This document shows, in pieces, positions 46,496 to 55,940 of a stretch of DNA of 64,000 bases. This DNA comes from Thermoplasmatales archaeon. GTDB taxonomy: Archaea > Thermoplasmatota > Thermoplasmata > Thermoplasmatales > GCA-001856825. Position 1 is the first letter of the stretch; each line of letters starts with the position of its first letter. The position numbers were made by a program, and so were the translations under genes. The notes under the pieces are model-generated. The model was not told the origin of the DNA. It worked only from the letters and a program-made list of their open reading frames with translations, and made no database searches. The stretch covers positions 64,375-128,374 of the forward strand of contig DAHWIJ010000015.1 of assembly GCA_027345195.1 (NCBI GenBank), written 5' to 3'.

Positions 46496-47009
46496 GGAAT
46501 TCCGTCACCTTCTCCCTGAATTCATCGATCGTTGAGTCGTTGCAGATGTAATGGTCCGCTGTCGCTATCACATTCCCTATACCCCATGACAGCTCCCTCT
46601 GCTCCCTGGCCTGGAACTCTTCGATATTCTTTGGGTCGTCCTCCCTTCCGCGCTTCAGCAACCTTCCAAATCTGATGTCCCTTCCCGAGGAAATTCCAAC
46701 TACAAGGCCGATCTGCATATCTTTCCTGAACCTGACAATTTCTTCAACGTTTCTAACGCCTTCGATAACGACAAAATTGCTCTTTACTCTTTCAATGGTC
46801 CTTTTAGCCCAGATATCCATCCCGTTGTCCCTTCTCTCCCTGGAGGCAATCTCACCACTCATCGAAATGCTGAGTCCTTTGTTTCTTGTGAATTCCCTCA
46901 CCACGTCTCCCATGTTTATGACCTCGATGCCCATTTTCCTTGCCACCATCGCAAATTCGTCCTTTCCTGAACCTGGCATTCCAATGATGAGGATAGCCTT
47001 TGACTTCAC
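46464..47009 (-). CDS. UPF0200-type P-loop nucleotide kinase (CoaE/adenylate-kinase-like)
   Basis: P-loop GMPGSGKD, MGDVVRE, RGREDDP and ELSWGIGNVIATAD. Confidence 0.7.
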   Translation of the reverse strand: MKSKAILIIGMPGSGKDEFAMVARKMGIEVINMGDVVREFTRNKGLSISMSGEIASRERRDNGMDIWAKRTIERVKSNFVVIEGVRNVEEIVRFRKDMQIGLVVGISSGRDIRFGRLLKRGREDDPKNIEEFQAREQRELSWGIGNVIATADHYICNDSTIDEFREKVTEFLREHIVQESS

Positions 47010-47088
47010 AATACCGCATTAGACCTAAGATATAATTATTTACGAGCGTGCCGCATATGAAGGCCCGATCCGGAGAGGGTAGAGGATG

Positions 47089-48345
47089 TCAGGAAACGGG
47101 CAGGGACTTCTGAGTAGGTCTCACGTCCTTAAGCTGGGATAGGGCCTCATCGCTCAGCAGTATCTCCTTCAGTTTGGATGATCCGTAATTGAGCGTCACA
47201 GTAGTCGTTCGCCCATATCTCCCGAAACTCTGGACCCTGGATTCTATCAGTCCCAGGTTGGTCATCTCTGCTACTATATCTGCTACCCTTCTCTGCGTCA
47301 GACTTGCAAGTCCCATTCTATCCGAAATCCTTTCGTAGAGATCGTAAAACTCACCCATCGTCGAACTCCCCCCATTCCTTATTTCATCTATAAGCGTAAT
47401 CGAAAATAGCACTAGCTTGCTGTGAAGTGGGAGGGTTGAAATTGTTTCGACGACTACATCCCTCTCAAGCTTACTCTTGGCGGCATAGATTGTCTCGTCC
47501 ACTATCCTCTTCCCGTTGTTTTTCTCCGTTAGCTCAACTGCAATCCTCAGCATATCGATTGCTCTCCTGGCATCCCCGTGCTCCTGGGCAGCTAATGCTG
47601 CACAGGTCCTCACCGCTGAGTCGTCTATAGAGTCTGCTATTCCGGCATAGAGGGACCTGTCCCGGAGTATGTCATAGATCTGCGACGCGTTGTAAGGGTT
47701 GTAGACCATAGTCTCCTCTATCAGTCTGCTCTTCACCCTCGGGTCGAGATACTCCGTAAACCTCAGGTCGTTGGATATGCCCAGGATGCTAATACTACCC
47801 TCACTGCTTATTTCATTGATCCTGAGAAGCTGGTAGAGAACCGAGTCTCCGCTCTTCTTTACAAGCTTGTCGATCTCATCAAGCACTATAATCGCTATCC
47901 CCCCGAAGTTCTTCATCTTCTCCAGCACAGTAGCATACAGCTTGTCCAGGGGCCATCCGGTGAAAGGCAGCTTCTCCTCCCAGGAATCAAGGAGCCCATT
48001 CCCAACTGCCAGCAGGATTCCGTAAGGGTTGTCGACTACCCCGCAGTTGATGTCGATAAGCTTTATCTTCGCGTCCAGTCTGGATTCGGTGGCCTTGGTG
48101 ATCTCGCTTTCCACGAATTTCACCACACTGGTCTTTCCTACCCCGGGCTTGCCGAATATGATTATGTTTGAGGGTTTGAAATTCTTGAGCGAAGGTGACA
48201 GTATCTCAGCAAGTTGTTCCGCCTCCTTTTCCCTGTGAGGAAGTCTCTCAGGCACGAAGCTTGGCTCAAGTGCCTGCCTTTTCCCTTTCACTATCATCGA
48301 AAAGTTATCGAATTTCTCAAACAGGTTTTTGGATAAATTTTCCAT
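47089..48345 (-). CDS. Orc1/Cdc6 replication initiator (canonical paralog)
   Basis: PERLPHREKE, Walker A GKPGVGKTS, Walker B VLDEIDKL and a C-terminal winged helix. 418 aa. Confidence 0.95.
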   Translation of the reverse strand: MENLSKNLFEKFDNFSMIVKGKRQALEPSFVPERLPHREKEAEQLAEILSPSLKNFKPSNIIIFGKPGVGKTSVVKFVESEITKATESRLDAKIKLIDINCGVVDNPYGILLAVGNGLLDSWEEKLPFTGWPLDKLYATVLEKMKNFGGIAIIVLDEIDKLVKKSGDSVLYQLLRINEISSEGSISILGISNDLRFTEYLDPRVKSRLIEETMVYNPYNASQIYDILRDRSLYAGIADSIDDSAVRTCAALAAQEHGDARRAIDMLRIAVELTEKNNGKRIVDETIYAAKSKLERDVVVETISTLPLHSKLVLFSITLIDEIRNGGSSTMGEFYDLYERISDRMGLASLTQRRVADIVAEMTNLGLIESRVQSFGRYGRTTTVTLNYGSSKLKEILLSDEALSQLKDVRPTQKSLPVS

Positions 48346-48471
48346 GTTGTTGGTAGAGAGGGGTATCCCGGTTAAAACCGTTTGTTATCATGTCTTTTAC
48401 CAAAATCAATAAATATTTCACGCTTCATGCCCTCCCCTTAATTTCGACTGGAAATTCCATGAAAGCTGCTG

Positions 48472-49785
48472 CTATTCGACGAGCCCTGAAGGTTTCTTGA
48501 ACTCCTCCCCTTCCAGTGGAACGCCCTCCTCCCTCTCCTTTTCATCAAGGAGGGATTCAACTTCTCCAACAAGGTAGAGGGAGCCAGTTACAACAGCATC
48601 TCTGCTTCCTTTAAGGACAATATCGAGAGCTCCGGATGGCTTCCTGCTGATTTCAACTTCCTTGAAGAAGAGTTTTGCTTCCCTCCTGAGGTCTTCCACG
48701 TCCTTCTTCCTCTCTACCTCATTCGGTTCTGTTATGAGCACCTCCTCCGATATTTCTGAGAGGGTCTGCATGATGTTGTAACTGTTCTTATCCTTCAGGA
48801 CTCCGAGTACGATCAGGGGGTCCTTTATCCCGTATCGCCTGATGTTGGAGGCAAGCGAGTGCATCGCCTCGGGATTGTGGGCTCCGTCAAGAATGAGGAG
48901 GGGATTTCTCCTCCTAATCTCAAACCTTCCAGGGACCTGTGCTTCTGCGAGCCCTCCTATTATTTCTTTTACGGATAGAGGATCAGGCATTGATTCTGCG
49001 GCAAGAACAGTCGAAATTGCATTATTTACCTGGTGCTCACCCAGCGCCTTCAAGTTTACTTCGTATGTGTTGTTTTCAGTTTTCAGGAGAAAACTAGTCC
49101 CTTCGAGGGTGTACTGAAGGTTGCTCACTTCGCACTCCCCGGCTTCCCTCACAGGGGAATTGTTCTGTCTAGCTATATTCAGGAGAACCCTCTGAGCCGT
49201 TTCTGGAACTTTTCCTATTACCACGGGCGTCCCCTTCTTGATGATTCCTCCCTTCTCCCTGGCGATATACTCAATGCTGCCTCCAAGCTTGTCCGCGTGC
49301 TCCAAAGAAATGCTTGTTATTACAGAAACTTCTGGCTTTATGATGTTCGTTGAGTCTAGCCTACCGCCTAGGCCAACCTCAACTGAGGCGAACTCCACCC
49401 CCTTTTTCCTGAAGAAATCGAATGCCATGATGGTGGTATACTCAAAAAATGTCAGCTGCGTTTCATTTTCATTATACTCTATGGTAGATTTGTGGCTTGA
49501 GACGAATTCGTCGATGAAACTGTCAGGCACCTCTTCATCATTCACGATGATCCTTTCGTTGAACCTTCTGAGATGCGGAGAGGTATATAGCGCAGCCCTG
49601 TACCTTCTCTTGAGTACCCGGTATATGAAAGTGGCTGTAGAACCCTTGCCATTTGAGCCCGCAACGTGGATGCTTCTGAAAGAATCCTGTGGATTACCGA
49701 TGCTCCTTGCAAACTCCAAGGTAGGACCCAGACCCAATTTTATTCCGAATCTCGAAAGAGAAAAGAGGAATTTTTCTGAATCCAT
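48472..49785 (-). CDS. folC: Folylpolyglutamate synthase/dihydrofolate synthase
   Basis: Mur-ligase P-loop VAGSNGKGST, EVGLGGRLDSTN and LDGAHNP. Confidence 0.9.
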   Translation of the reverse strand: MDSEKFLFSLSRFGIKLGLGPTLEFARSIGNPQDSFRSIHVAGSNGKGSTATFIYRVLKRRYRAALYTSPHLRRFNERIIVNDEEVPDSFIDEFVSSHKSTIEYNENETQLTFFEYTTIMAFDFFRKKGVEFASVEVGLGGRLDSTNIIKPEVSVITSISLEHADKLGGSIEYIAREKGGIIKKGTPVVIGKVPETAQRVLLNIARQNNSPVREAGECEVSNLQYTLEGTSFLLKTENNTYEVNLKALGEHQVNNAISTVLAAESMPDPLSVKEIIGGLAEAQVPGRFEIRRRNPLLILDGAHNPEAMHSLASNIRRYGIKDPLIVLGVLKDKNSYNIMQTLSEISEEVLITEPNEVERKKDVEDLRREAKLFFKEVEISRKPSGALDIVLKGSRDAVVTGSLYLVGEVESLLDEKEREEGVPLEGEEFKKPSGLVE

Positions 49786-49841
49786 TTGGAGGGAAAGCAG
49801 TTCCTTAGTAAAAAGGTTTATTTGCGTTCAAAATTAAGTTC

Positions 49842-50537
49842 GTGCGTTCAGTTAGAGTCATAGTCGTCGAACCTAAGAATCCTGGAAATCTTGGGGCAAT
49901 CGCGAGATTGATGAAGAATTTTGGGCTAAGTGACCTCACCCTGGTCAATGCTTACAGGATTCCAATTGAGGATATGATCAGGTCGATGAAGGGAGCTGAA
50001 ATATTGATGAATTGCAAGATGGCCAGAACGATCGATGAAGCGACACAGGACCTGGAGTTCACAGTCGGCACATCAGGAATTAAAAGCGATTCTCCCAAGG
50101 AAGTCCTAAGGAATTACATCGAGCCTAGGGAGTTTGTTTCCCTTGCCTCCAGGATAAAGGGAAAGGTGGGTATAATCCTTGGCAGGGAGGATATTGGGCT
50201 GACAAACGAAGAGCTGGCGAAGTGCGACTTTTTTGTTCATATACCAGCAAGTGATGATTACCCTATACTAAATGTTTCAAGCGCTGCAGCAATCCTATTT
50301 TATGAAATGTTCGGGAAGGCGGACACCAAGAAGCGTGAGACTATTACTAAGAGGGATTACGACAGACTTACAAGAAAATTCAGGGAGTCTTTGCTTGAAA
50401 GTGGATACCCCACACACAGAGTTGCAAAGACAACACTCTTATTCAGAAGGGTAGTTTCTAGGGCAATCCTTTCTCCGTACGAGTACAGGATCCTCATGGG
50501 CGCCGTAGGTTGTCGCTCTAGGAGGAAATTAGCGTGA
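49842..50537 (+). CDS. SpoU/TrmJ-family RNA 2'-O-methyltransferase
   Basis: VVEPKNPGNLGAIARLMKNFG, ILGREDIGLTNEE and LNVSSAAAILFYE. Confidence 0.85.
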   Translation: MRSVRVIVVEPKNPGNLGAIARLMKNFGLSDLTLVNAYRIPIEDMIRSMKGAEILMNCKMARTIDEATQDLEFTVGTSGIKSDSPKEVLRNYIEPREFVSLASRIKGKVGIILGREDIGLTNEELAKCDFFVHIPASDDYPILNVSSAAAILFYEMFGKADTKKRETITKRDYDRLTRKFRESLLESGYPTHRVAKTTLLFRRVVSRAILSPYEYRILMGAVGCRSRRKLA

Positions 50538-50558
50538 AAGGGTGGCGCACGCGCGAGT

Positions 50559-51494
50559 TTACCCTGTAAGAACAGAAACATGGTGGCCGTGGACATTCAC
50601 AATCCTGGCCACTTTTACCGTGGCAGCTATGGAAGCAGCGGCTGCAGGAATCGTGGGTAACCCTTCGATTTTCGTGACCATTTCCGAGTAGAGTGAAAGC
50701 TCTTCGTCGGTGACGAACTCGGCGAAGCCGTTTGACTCAACTAACGCCAGAAAGGCGAGTTCACCATCATATGAATGGTAGTTTACCAGGGGTTCATTTA
50801 TTTCTGTTTCCCTTAACTTTTCCACAGGGAAGTCAACCAGATGCGGTAGTCTGTTCTTAAAGCTGTAAATTATCGGATTGCCTCCGTCAGTGCTCGCTGC
50901 TATAATCCTTGGGACTCTGTCAGTTTGCCCGGCTTTTTTAAGTCTTTCAAAGCCGTGATAGACTCCAGCAAGTGTAGTTCCGTTTCCAACGGGGATAGAG
51001 ACTGTATCAGGAACTGACCCCAGTTCATCTACAATTTCCTTGGCAATCGGTGCGTAAGCTTCCAGACCCAGTTCCGGATGCGCTCCAGCATTTGCATCAA
51101 ACCAGTTTTCTCTCTTTGCATCATTCTTGCTTGCTTCTACAGAGTCTTCGTACTTTCCTTCTACAAGCACAAGTTTTGCTCCACTCCTTTTCTCTATTTC
51201 ACTGAGGCGTGGGGAATGAAAGCCCTTCGGGATGTATACGTATGATCTCATATTGTTGAGAGAAGCATAGTAAGCTATGGATGCGCCGTAGTTACCACAG
51301 CTCCCAACTACTACAGTATCGTATCCTTCGTCCTTTGCCTTTTTAATGTGAGCATAGGCAACACGATCTTTCTGGGTGCCTGTAGGATTTGACCGTTCAT
51401 ACTTGAGAAAAAGGTTATCCAGGCCGAGAACCGTTCCTAGTTTTGCGGCCCTCAATAGAGGGGTATTCCCTATGGCCTGCTGACTCGATCTCAT
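50559..51494 (-). CDS. Fold-type II PLP-dependent enzyme (threonine synthase/cysteine synthase superfamily)
   Basis: GNTPLL, the lysine motif NPTGTQKDR, and GNGTT in the glycine loop. Confidence 0.8.
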   Translation of the reverse strand: MRSSQQAIGNTPLLRAAKLGTVLGLDNLFLKYERSNPTGTQKDRVAYAHIKKAKDEGYDTVVVGSCGNYGASIAYYASLNNMRSYVYIPKGFHSPRLSEIEKRSGAKLVLVEGKYEDSVEASKNDAKRENWFDANAGAHPELGLEAYAPIAKEIVDELGSVPDTVSIPVGNGTTLAGVYHGFERLKKAGQTDRVPRIIAASTDGGNPIIYSFKNRLPHLVDFPVEKLRETEINEPLVNYHSYDGELAFLALVESNGFAEFVTDEELSLYSEMVTKIEGLPTIPAAAASIAATVKVARIVNVHGHHVSVLTG

Positions 51495-51574
51495 GTCTCC
51501 TAATGGAATACGTATTCAGCTTAAAACTGTTCCGCATATGCCTCTGGCATTTATTCTATCTCAGGTCTGTCACA

Positions 51575-52126
51575 CTAGTTGAATCCTACGCTGATACCCG
51601 GCCTGAATTCGGCCTGTCTTTGCGTATTACCACTAGTCTCGGTCACTGAGTCATTTGGACCGACGTCAATGTTAAGGAACTTCTTCACAACTTCATCCAC
51701 ATATCGATTTATCCTGGCCATAACCTGACTAAAGGGGAATTCCATCATTGAAGATGCAAAATTCTCATTTTCCACTACCGCAGCGCTGTCAACCATCCTG
51801 CTTATGGTCATCATTACCTCTTCCCCCCTCTTTCTCCTTTCAGGTGACTCGCTGTGAAATGGCATAATACCGACGAAAAAGACCCTGTTGCCTCTCGAGT
51901 TCAGACCAGAACAGATTGCATTCAGCACTGAGGAAGAAAACTGGCCTGCTGGGGATGAAACAATTACCACCCTGCCTCCCTTTGGTTGGGCGCGCACAAA
52001 CTCATCTACCCCACCAGAAGCAGAGAGCCTACTTGAATCAATAAACAAAGAATTCTCATAACCCAATTCCTTTACTATATTAACTCCCGCACCTCCTACA
52101 CCTATGATCTTGAAATTGTCTGACAT
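51575..52126 (-). CDS. Truncated FtsZ/tubulin-like protein (degenerate GTPase domain only)
   Basis: 183 aa. FKIIGVGGAGVNIV aligns with the FtsZ T1 loop, and IMPFHSESPERR...AVVENENF aligns with Fts[11 protein letters not shown]...IVIPNDKL. The tubulin signature GGGTGTG is replaced by SSPAGQF, and the whole C-terminal domain is absent. Confidence 0.6.
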   Translation of the reverse strand: MSDNFKIIGVGGAGVNIVKELGYENSLFIDSSRLSASGGVDEFVRAQPKGGRVVIVSSPAGQFSSSVLNAICSGLNSRGNRVFFVGIMPFHSESPERRKRGEEVMMTISRMVDSAAVVENENFASSMMEFPFSQVMARINRYVDEVVKKFLNIDVGPNDSVTETSGNTQRQAEFRPGISVGFN

Positions 52127-52311
52127 ATTAATGACATTGATATGACAGTATTTAAGCTTTTTTATATTTCAACGTATAACATCTATTAACCAACGGGCTG
52201 CCATTGTTTTCTCAAACCAGCGAATTGGTATCTTTGAAGGAGAACTCCGCCCCCTCTCAACTCCCGTCTTTTGGAGTTTTACGCCCAAATCTGGTCTGCG
52301 GAATCAATATT

Positions 52312-52965
52312 TCATAGTTCGTCTTTAGACTTCCTGTCAATGAGGAATCTGCAAGTTCCGTAGCCATTGACCTGAGTGTGGCTAGTATTAACCCTCATTC
52401 TCAAAACATTCTCAAACAATTTCTTCTCAAGGTCGCAAGCTTCCGCAAACTTACTTGAAATAGAGTAGATCGGGCAATTGAATTCTAGGAGTTCGTGCTT
52501 GTCCCTTCCAATGCTCTTCAACTCTGGGAGATAATTTTCCAGAAGCCGTAATCTTGCCAGCTCTTCCACCCTTTCCTTCCCTGATTTATTCCTGAGGGCT
52601 TCTTTGTAGTAAGCTGCAACCTTTTCGTACCTGTCATTTAGGAACTTGATTACTATTTCTCTATTCCCATTTTCAGCGATGAACTCAAGCAGGTCGTTGA
52701 AAAGTCTGTCCGACGAGGACCCAAATGCTGACGAAGCTTCTGACAGCAAATAGAATCTGTAGTATGGTCGACCTACCTTTTTCTTTGTAATCCTCCTCTC
52801 CAGGATGTGTCTGTTTTCTAGGGACTTTATGTGTTTGAGAGTGGCCACTTTAGAGATGCCTAGCGCTTCCGAGAGCTCTTCAAGGGACATACCGTCGGAC
52901 TTCTTGAGAGTTATTAACAACCTGGATTCAGTAGGATAGTCCTTCCATTTGTCGCCTTCATTCAT
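52312..52965 (-). CDS. Winged-helix (ArsR-like) transcriptional regulator with a C-terminal Cys-containing domain
   Basis: LSEALGISKVATLKHIKSLENRHILER...GRPYYRF. The C-terminus has NCPIY...EAC. Confidence 0.7.
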   Translation of the reverse strand: MNEGDKWKDYPTESRLLITLKKSDGMSLEELSEALGISKVATLKHIKSLENRHILERRITKKKVGRPYYRFYLLSEASSAFGSSSDRLFNDLLEFIAENGNREIVIKFLNDRYEKVAAYYKEALRNKSGKERVEELARLRLLENYLPELKSIGRDKHELLEFNCPIYSISSKFAEACDLEKKLFENVLRMRVNTSHTQVNGYGTCRFLIDRKSKDEL

Positions 52966-53034
52966 AATGTTGCAACTGTACTAATTTAATAACCTTTTCT
53001 GGTTTACGAAGTTTATAAACGATTTAGGTTAATT

Positions 53035-53727
53035 ATGCCAGTTCATTCCTCATATATGAACCCAAAATACACAGCAATCATAACCGGTGGAACATCCGGT
53101 CTTGGATTTGAGACAGTGAAAGTATTAGATAGGAAAGGATGGAGAGTGGCGACCTGTGGTCGTAGGAACGCAATAATAGAGAGGATAAAGAAGGATTCAG
53201 ATAACAGAATATTGGCTGAGGTCTGCGATATTAGGATTGATTCTTCCATTTCACTATTCCTCGGAAAAGTTGAAGATGCGTTTAAGGGGATTGACGTATT
53301 GGTGTTGAATGCAGCCGATATTGGCCCAGTCCCGCTGCCCACAATTGAAAATCTTGAAACAAGGGACCTGAGAATGACCTTTGAGACGAACTTTTTTGGA
53401 AATTTCAATTTCCTGAAGCTTGCTCTCCCACTCATGAGAGATGGGGGGATCGTCGTTCACATTACTTCAGACGCAGCAAAGGAGCCCTATCCTGGTTGGG
53501 CAGCCTATTCCTCATCAAAAGCAGCATTTGATATCCTTATCAAAATTCTCAACGAAGAGCTAAAAGCAAGGAGAATAAAGGCTTTCTCATTTGATCCAGG
53601 GGATATGAATACCGCGATGCATCACCTGGCAATACCTGACGACAGGTCCCCACTAAAGGACCCGAAGGTATCTGCAGAGGAGCTATTTATGGAAATAAGG
53701 AAGAGAGTGGGTGAGCATGATGAATGA
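53035..53727 (+). CDS. Short-chain dehydrogenase/reductase (classical SDR)
   Basis: TGGTSGLG cofactor loop, LNAA, and the catalytic S...YSSSK. Confidence 0.9.
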   Translation: MPVHSSYMNPKYTAIITGGTSGLGFETVKVLDRKGWRVATCGRRNAIIERIKKDSDNRILAEVCDIRIDSSISLFLGKVEDAFKGIDVLVLNAADIGPVPLPTIENLETRDLRMTFETNFFGNFNFLKLALPLMRDGGIVVHITSDAAKEPYPGWAAYSSSKAAFDILIKILNEELKARRIKAFSFDPGDMNTAMHHLAIPDDRSPLKDPKVSAEELFMEIRKRVGEHDE

Positions 53728-54790
53728 TTATTTTAGTGCCTATCTGCCAAGGCAGCTGTACGGGTACAGGAGAAGCGACGCGAAGATGATGATCGTCAAC
53801 CAAAACGCTGTGGTTGATTCAACCCTCGCTAATCTTCCCGACTCTTTGGAAGAAGGGGACCTGTTAATATTTAACAATAGCAGATTAATCCCCTCGAGTC
53901 TGGACGTTTATTCGGATGAGCTACAACAGTATTTGAAAATCAATGTGGGCACGGACAGGCTCTCAGGTCTATTTCTTCTCGAGGTGAGACCTAGGGGGAT
54001 CGGCTACAGGCTGAGGGAAGGGAGTTCCCTGGAACTTCTAGATGGATCTAACAGCGTGGTCCTCTTCAGGAGGTATAAGCCTTTTGACAGATTCTGGTGG
54101 GGGAAATTAAAAGAGCCGGATGAGACAATCGATGAAATACTCCGGGAGGATGGTAAATATATCAGGTACGAGCACATTCCATTTGACCTTCCTCCTAGTA
54201 TATACGATGGAATTTTCTATAAGGTGCCTGGAAGCGTGGAACTGCCTTCTGCCTCATTTTCTTTCGATACTGATATTATCAAGAAGCTGGGGGATAAGGG
54301 AATCAAGATGGAGGAGATCACGCTGCATTGTAACCTGGGCTCTCTGGAACCAAATGAGTTTGAAAATGAGTCCAGATTGTTAGAGGAAAGATTCTCATTA
54401 CCCATTAAGACTTTAAAGTCTATATTTGAAACACGGGCAAGAGGAAACAAGGTGATTGCAGTTGGTACAACCGTAGTAAGGGCGCTAGAGACAGTCGTAG
54501 GCATAACAACTGGCACTTTTAGACTCGGCAAACTGGTTGAACAGTCAAATAATGATTCACACATCTCAGGGAGCACCGGCCTTTTCATAAACGGAAATTA
54601 TAGATTAAGGATGGTTGACGGAATAGTGACAGGGATGCATGAGGAGGAGGGCTCGCATATCCGGATGCTTGAAGCGTTCCAGAGTAAAGAAACCTTGAAC
54701 AGGATGTCAAAGTACGCAAACGAATGGGGGTATCAGTACCACGAATTCGGTGACCTTGCATTGATTTTCTCGCAACGCAGAGAGAAGTAG
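53711..54790 (+). CDS. QueA-like S-adenosylmethionine ribosyltransferase-isomerase homolog
   Basis: EGDLLIFNNSRLIPSSL, HCNLGSLEP and NKVIAVGTTVVRALE align closely with E. coli QueA (GDLLVFNNTRVIPARL; HVGAGTFQP; NRVIAVGTTSVRSLE, as recalled). The TNFHLPES block is changed to TGMHEEEG. It overlaps the SDR gene by 17 nt. Confidence 0.85.
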   Translation: MSMMNDYFSAYLPRQLYGYRRSDAKMMIVNQNAVVDSTLANLPDSLEEGDLLIFNNSRLIPSSLDVYSDELQQYLKINVGTDRLSGLFLLEVRPRGIGYRLREGSSLELLDGSNSVVLFRRYKPFDRFWWGKLKEPDETIDEILREDGKYIRYEHIPFDLPPSIYDGIFYKVPGSVELPSASFSFDTDIIKKLGDKGIKMEEITLHCNLGSLEPNEFENESRLLEERFSLPIKTLKSIFETRARGNKVIAVGTTVVRALETVVGITTGTFRLGKLVEQSNNDSHISGSTGLFINGNYRLRMVDGIVTGMHEEEGSHIRMLEAFQSKETLNRMSKYANEWGYQYHEFGDLALIFSQRREK

Positions 54791-54845
54791 AGTTCATTTC
54801 AATTTTGAGCATTCATAGCAGTACGTATCAGAGATATTTTGCTCT

Positions 54846-55940
54846 TTAACGCTCATCCCTTTTCTCTGACTCTGCCGACCTCCGGATAGCTTCCAGTTTG
54901 GCCATAAGAACCTCCGGGGACACCCTCAGAATATACTCATTCTCGACGCCGGATGAGTACCCCTTCCCAATCTTCGTCTTTTTGACGAGTCCGGACAACT
55001 CGATCGTCTTCAGGAGCTTGTATACCCTTGATTCACTAATCCCGCCGCCAAGTCTCTTGAGGTCTGAAGACCGGAATGATTTCTCAGTCTCCAAAGATTC
55101 AAGAAGCTGCCTGAGGAGGTCTACCTCATCCATCTCGAGGCTTATTAGCGAACTCTCCTCAAGAGGGGGGGAGAAATCTCTGTATGCTCCAAGAACGGCT
55201 TCATCGTCCAATAATCTGTTGCTAGATTCTGCGTACAGAGCAGAATTTAGAAGGAGCTCTATTGCTGTTCTCGCGCTCCCCTGTTCTTCAACAAGCTCGG
55301 AAATTCTGCGTATGGCAGAGTCTGTATAAGTTCCTTCGTACAAACCAACTTCTGCCCTTGAGGAAGCTATGAGGTACAGCTCCTCGGAATTATATTCCCT
55401 GAGAGAAATCCTGTTGTACCTACCAAGTCCTGAGAGCGTACTTTTATCCAGGTACATTTCAGGTTCTTCCATTGACAGCAGAACAAGTTTAATCTGTGGT
55501 CCTCCAAGCTCCTGGCTTCTTGATAGGAGATATAGAATTTGTCCGTGACTTTTCTTAAGGGACTGTGACTCATCCAGAACGATCAGATTGTTTTTTTCGG
55601 GAAGCGTCCTGAAGAGTATTTCGGACAGAGGCTCCCCCCTTGCACTCCCTATTTCAGGCAATCTCAACCTTGGGTCGTTGAGAATCGTTGACACAATCGC
55701 CCTGTCTGTTTGGTTGATGTAACAGTTAACATATGCAACCCTGAATTCCTTCATCTCCTTCACCAGGAGTTTCCCAATGAGAGTTTTGCCTGTCCCGGGA
55801 TTACCTCTCACTACAAAGGTGGAGGAGATATCAACTGCCCTGATCATTTCCTTGAGGTGTTCGACCTCCTGCCTTCTTCCTATGATCGTTTCGGGTACGT
55901 AATCCTGTGACAGCACGACTGAATTTTTTATTATCTTCAT
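54846..55940 (-). CDS. Orc1/Cdc6 paralog (shorter and divergent)
   Basis: LSQDYVPETIIGRRQE, Walker A GNPGTGKT, Walker B VLDESQ and a C-terminal winged helix (SRVYKLLKTIELSGLV). 364 aa. Confidence 0.85.
   Translation of the reverse strand: MKIIKNSVVLSQDYVPETIIGRRQEVEHLKEMIRAVDISSTFVVRGNPGTGKTLIGKLLVKEMKEFRVAYVNCYINQTDRAIVSTILNDPRLRLPEIGSARGEPLSEILFRTLPEKNNLIVLDESQSLKKSHGQILYLLSRSQELGGPQIKLVLLSMEEPEMYLDKSTLSGLGRYNRISLREYNSEELYLIASSRAEVGLYEGTYTDSAIRRISELVEEQGSARTAIELLLNSALYAESSNRLLDDEAVLGAYRDFSPPLEESSLISLEMDEVDLLRQLLESLETEKSFRSSDLKRLGGGISESRVYKLLKTIELSGLVKKTKIGKGYSSGVENEYILRVSPEVLMAKLEAIRRSAESEKRDER

Noticed and set aside
48346-48471. The spacer upstream of orc1/cdc6 paralog 1, considered as a full replication origin.
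   Set aside because: It is only 126 nt, with one dyad (TGGAAATTCCA) and no repeated ORB boxes visible by eye. I kept it as a weak candidate inside the Orc1 finding and did not annotate it as an origin.
49033-49837. Plus-strand ORFs of 106 and 199 aa overlapping folC.
   Set aside because: They are antisense to a gene with clear Mur-ligase motifs, and their composition is low-complexity.
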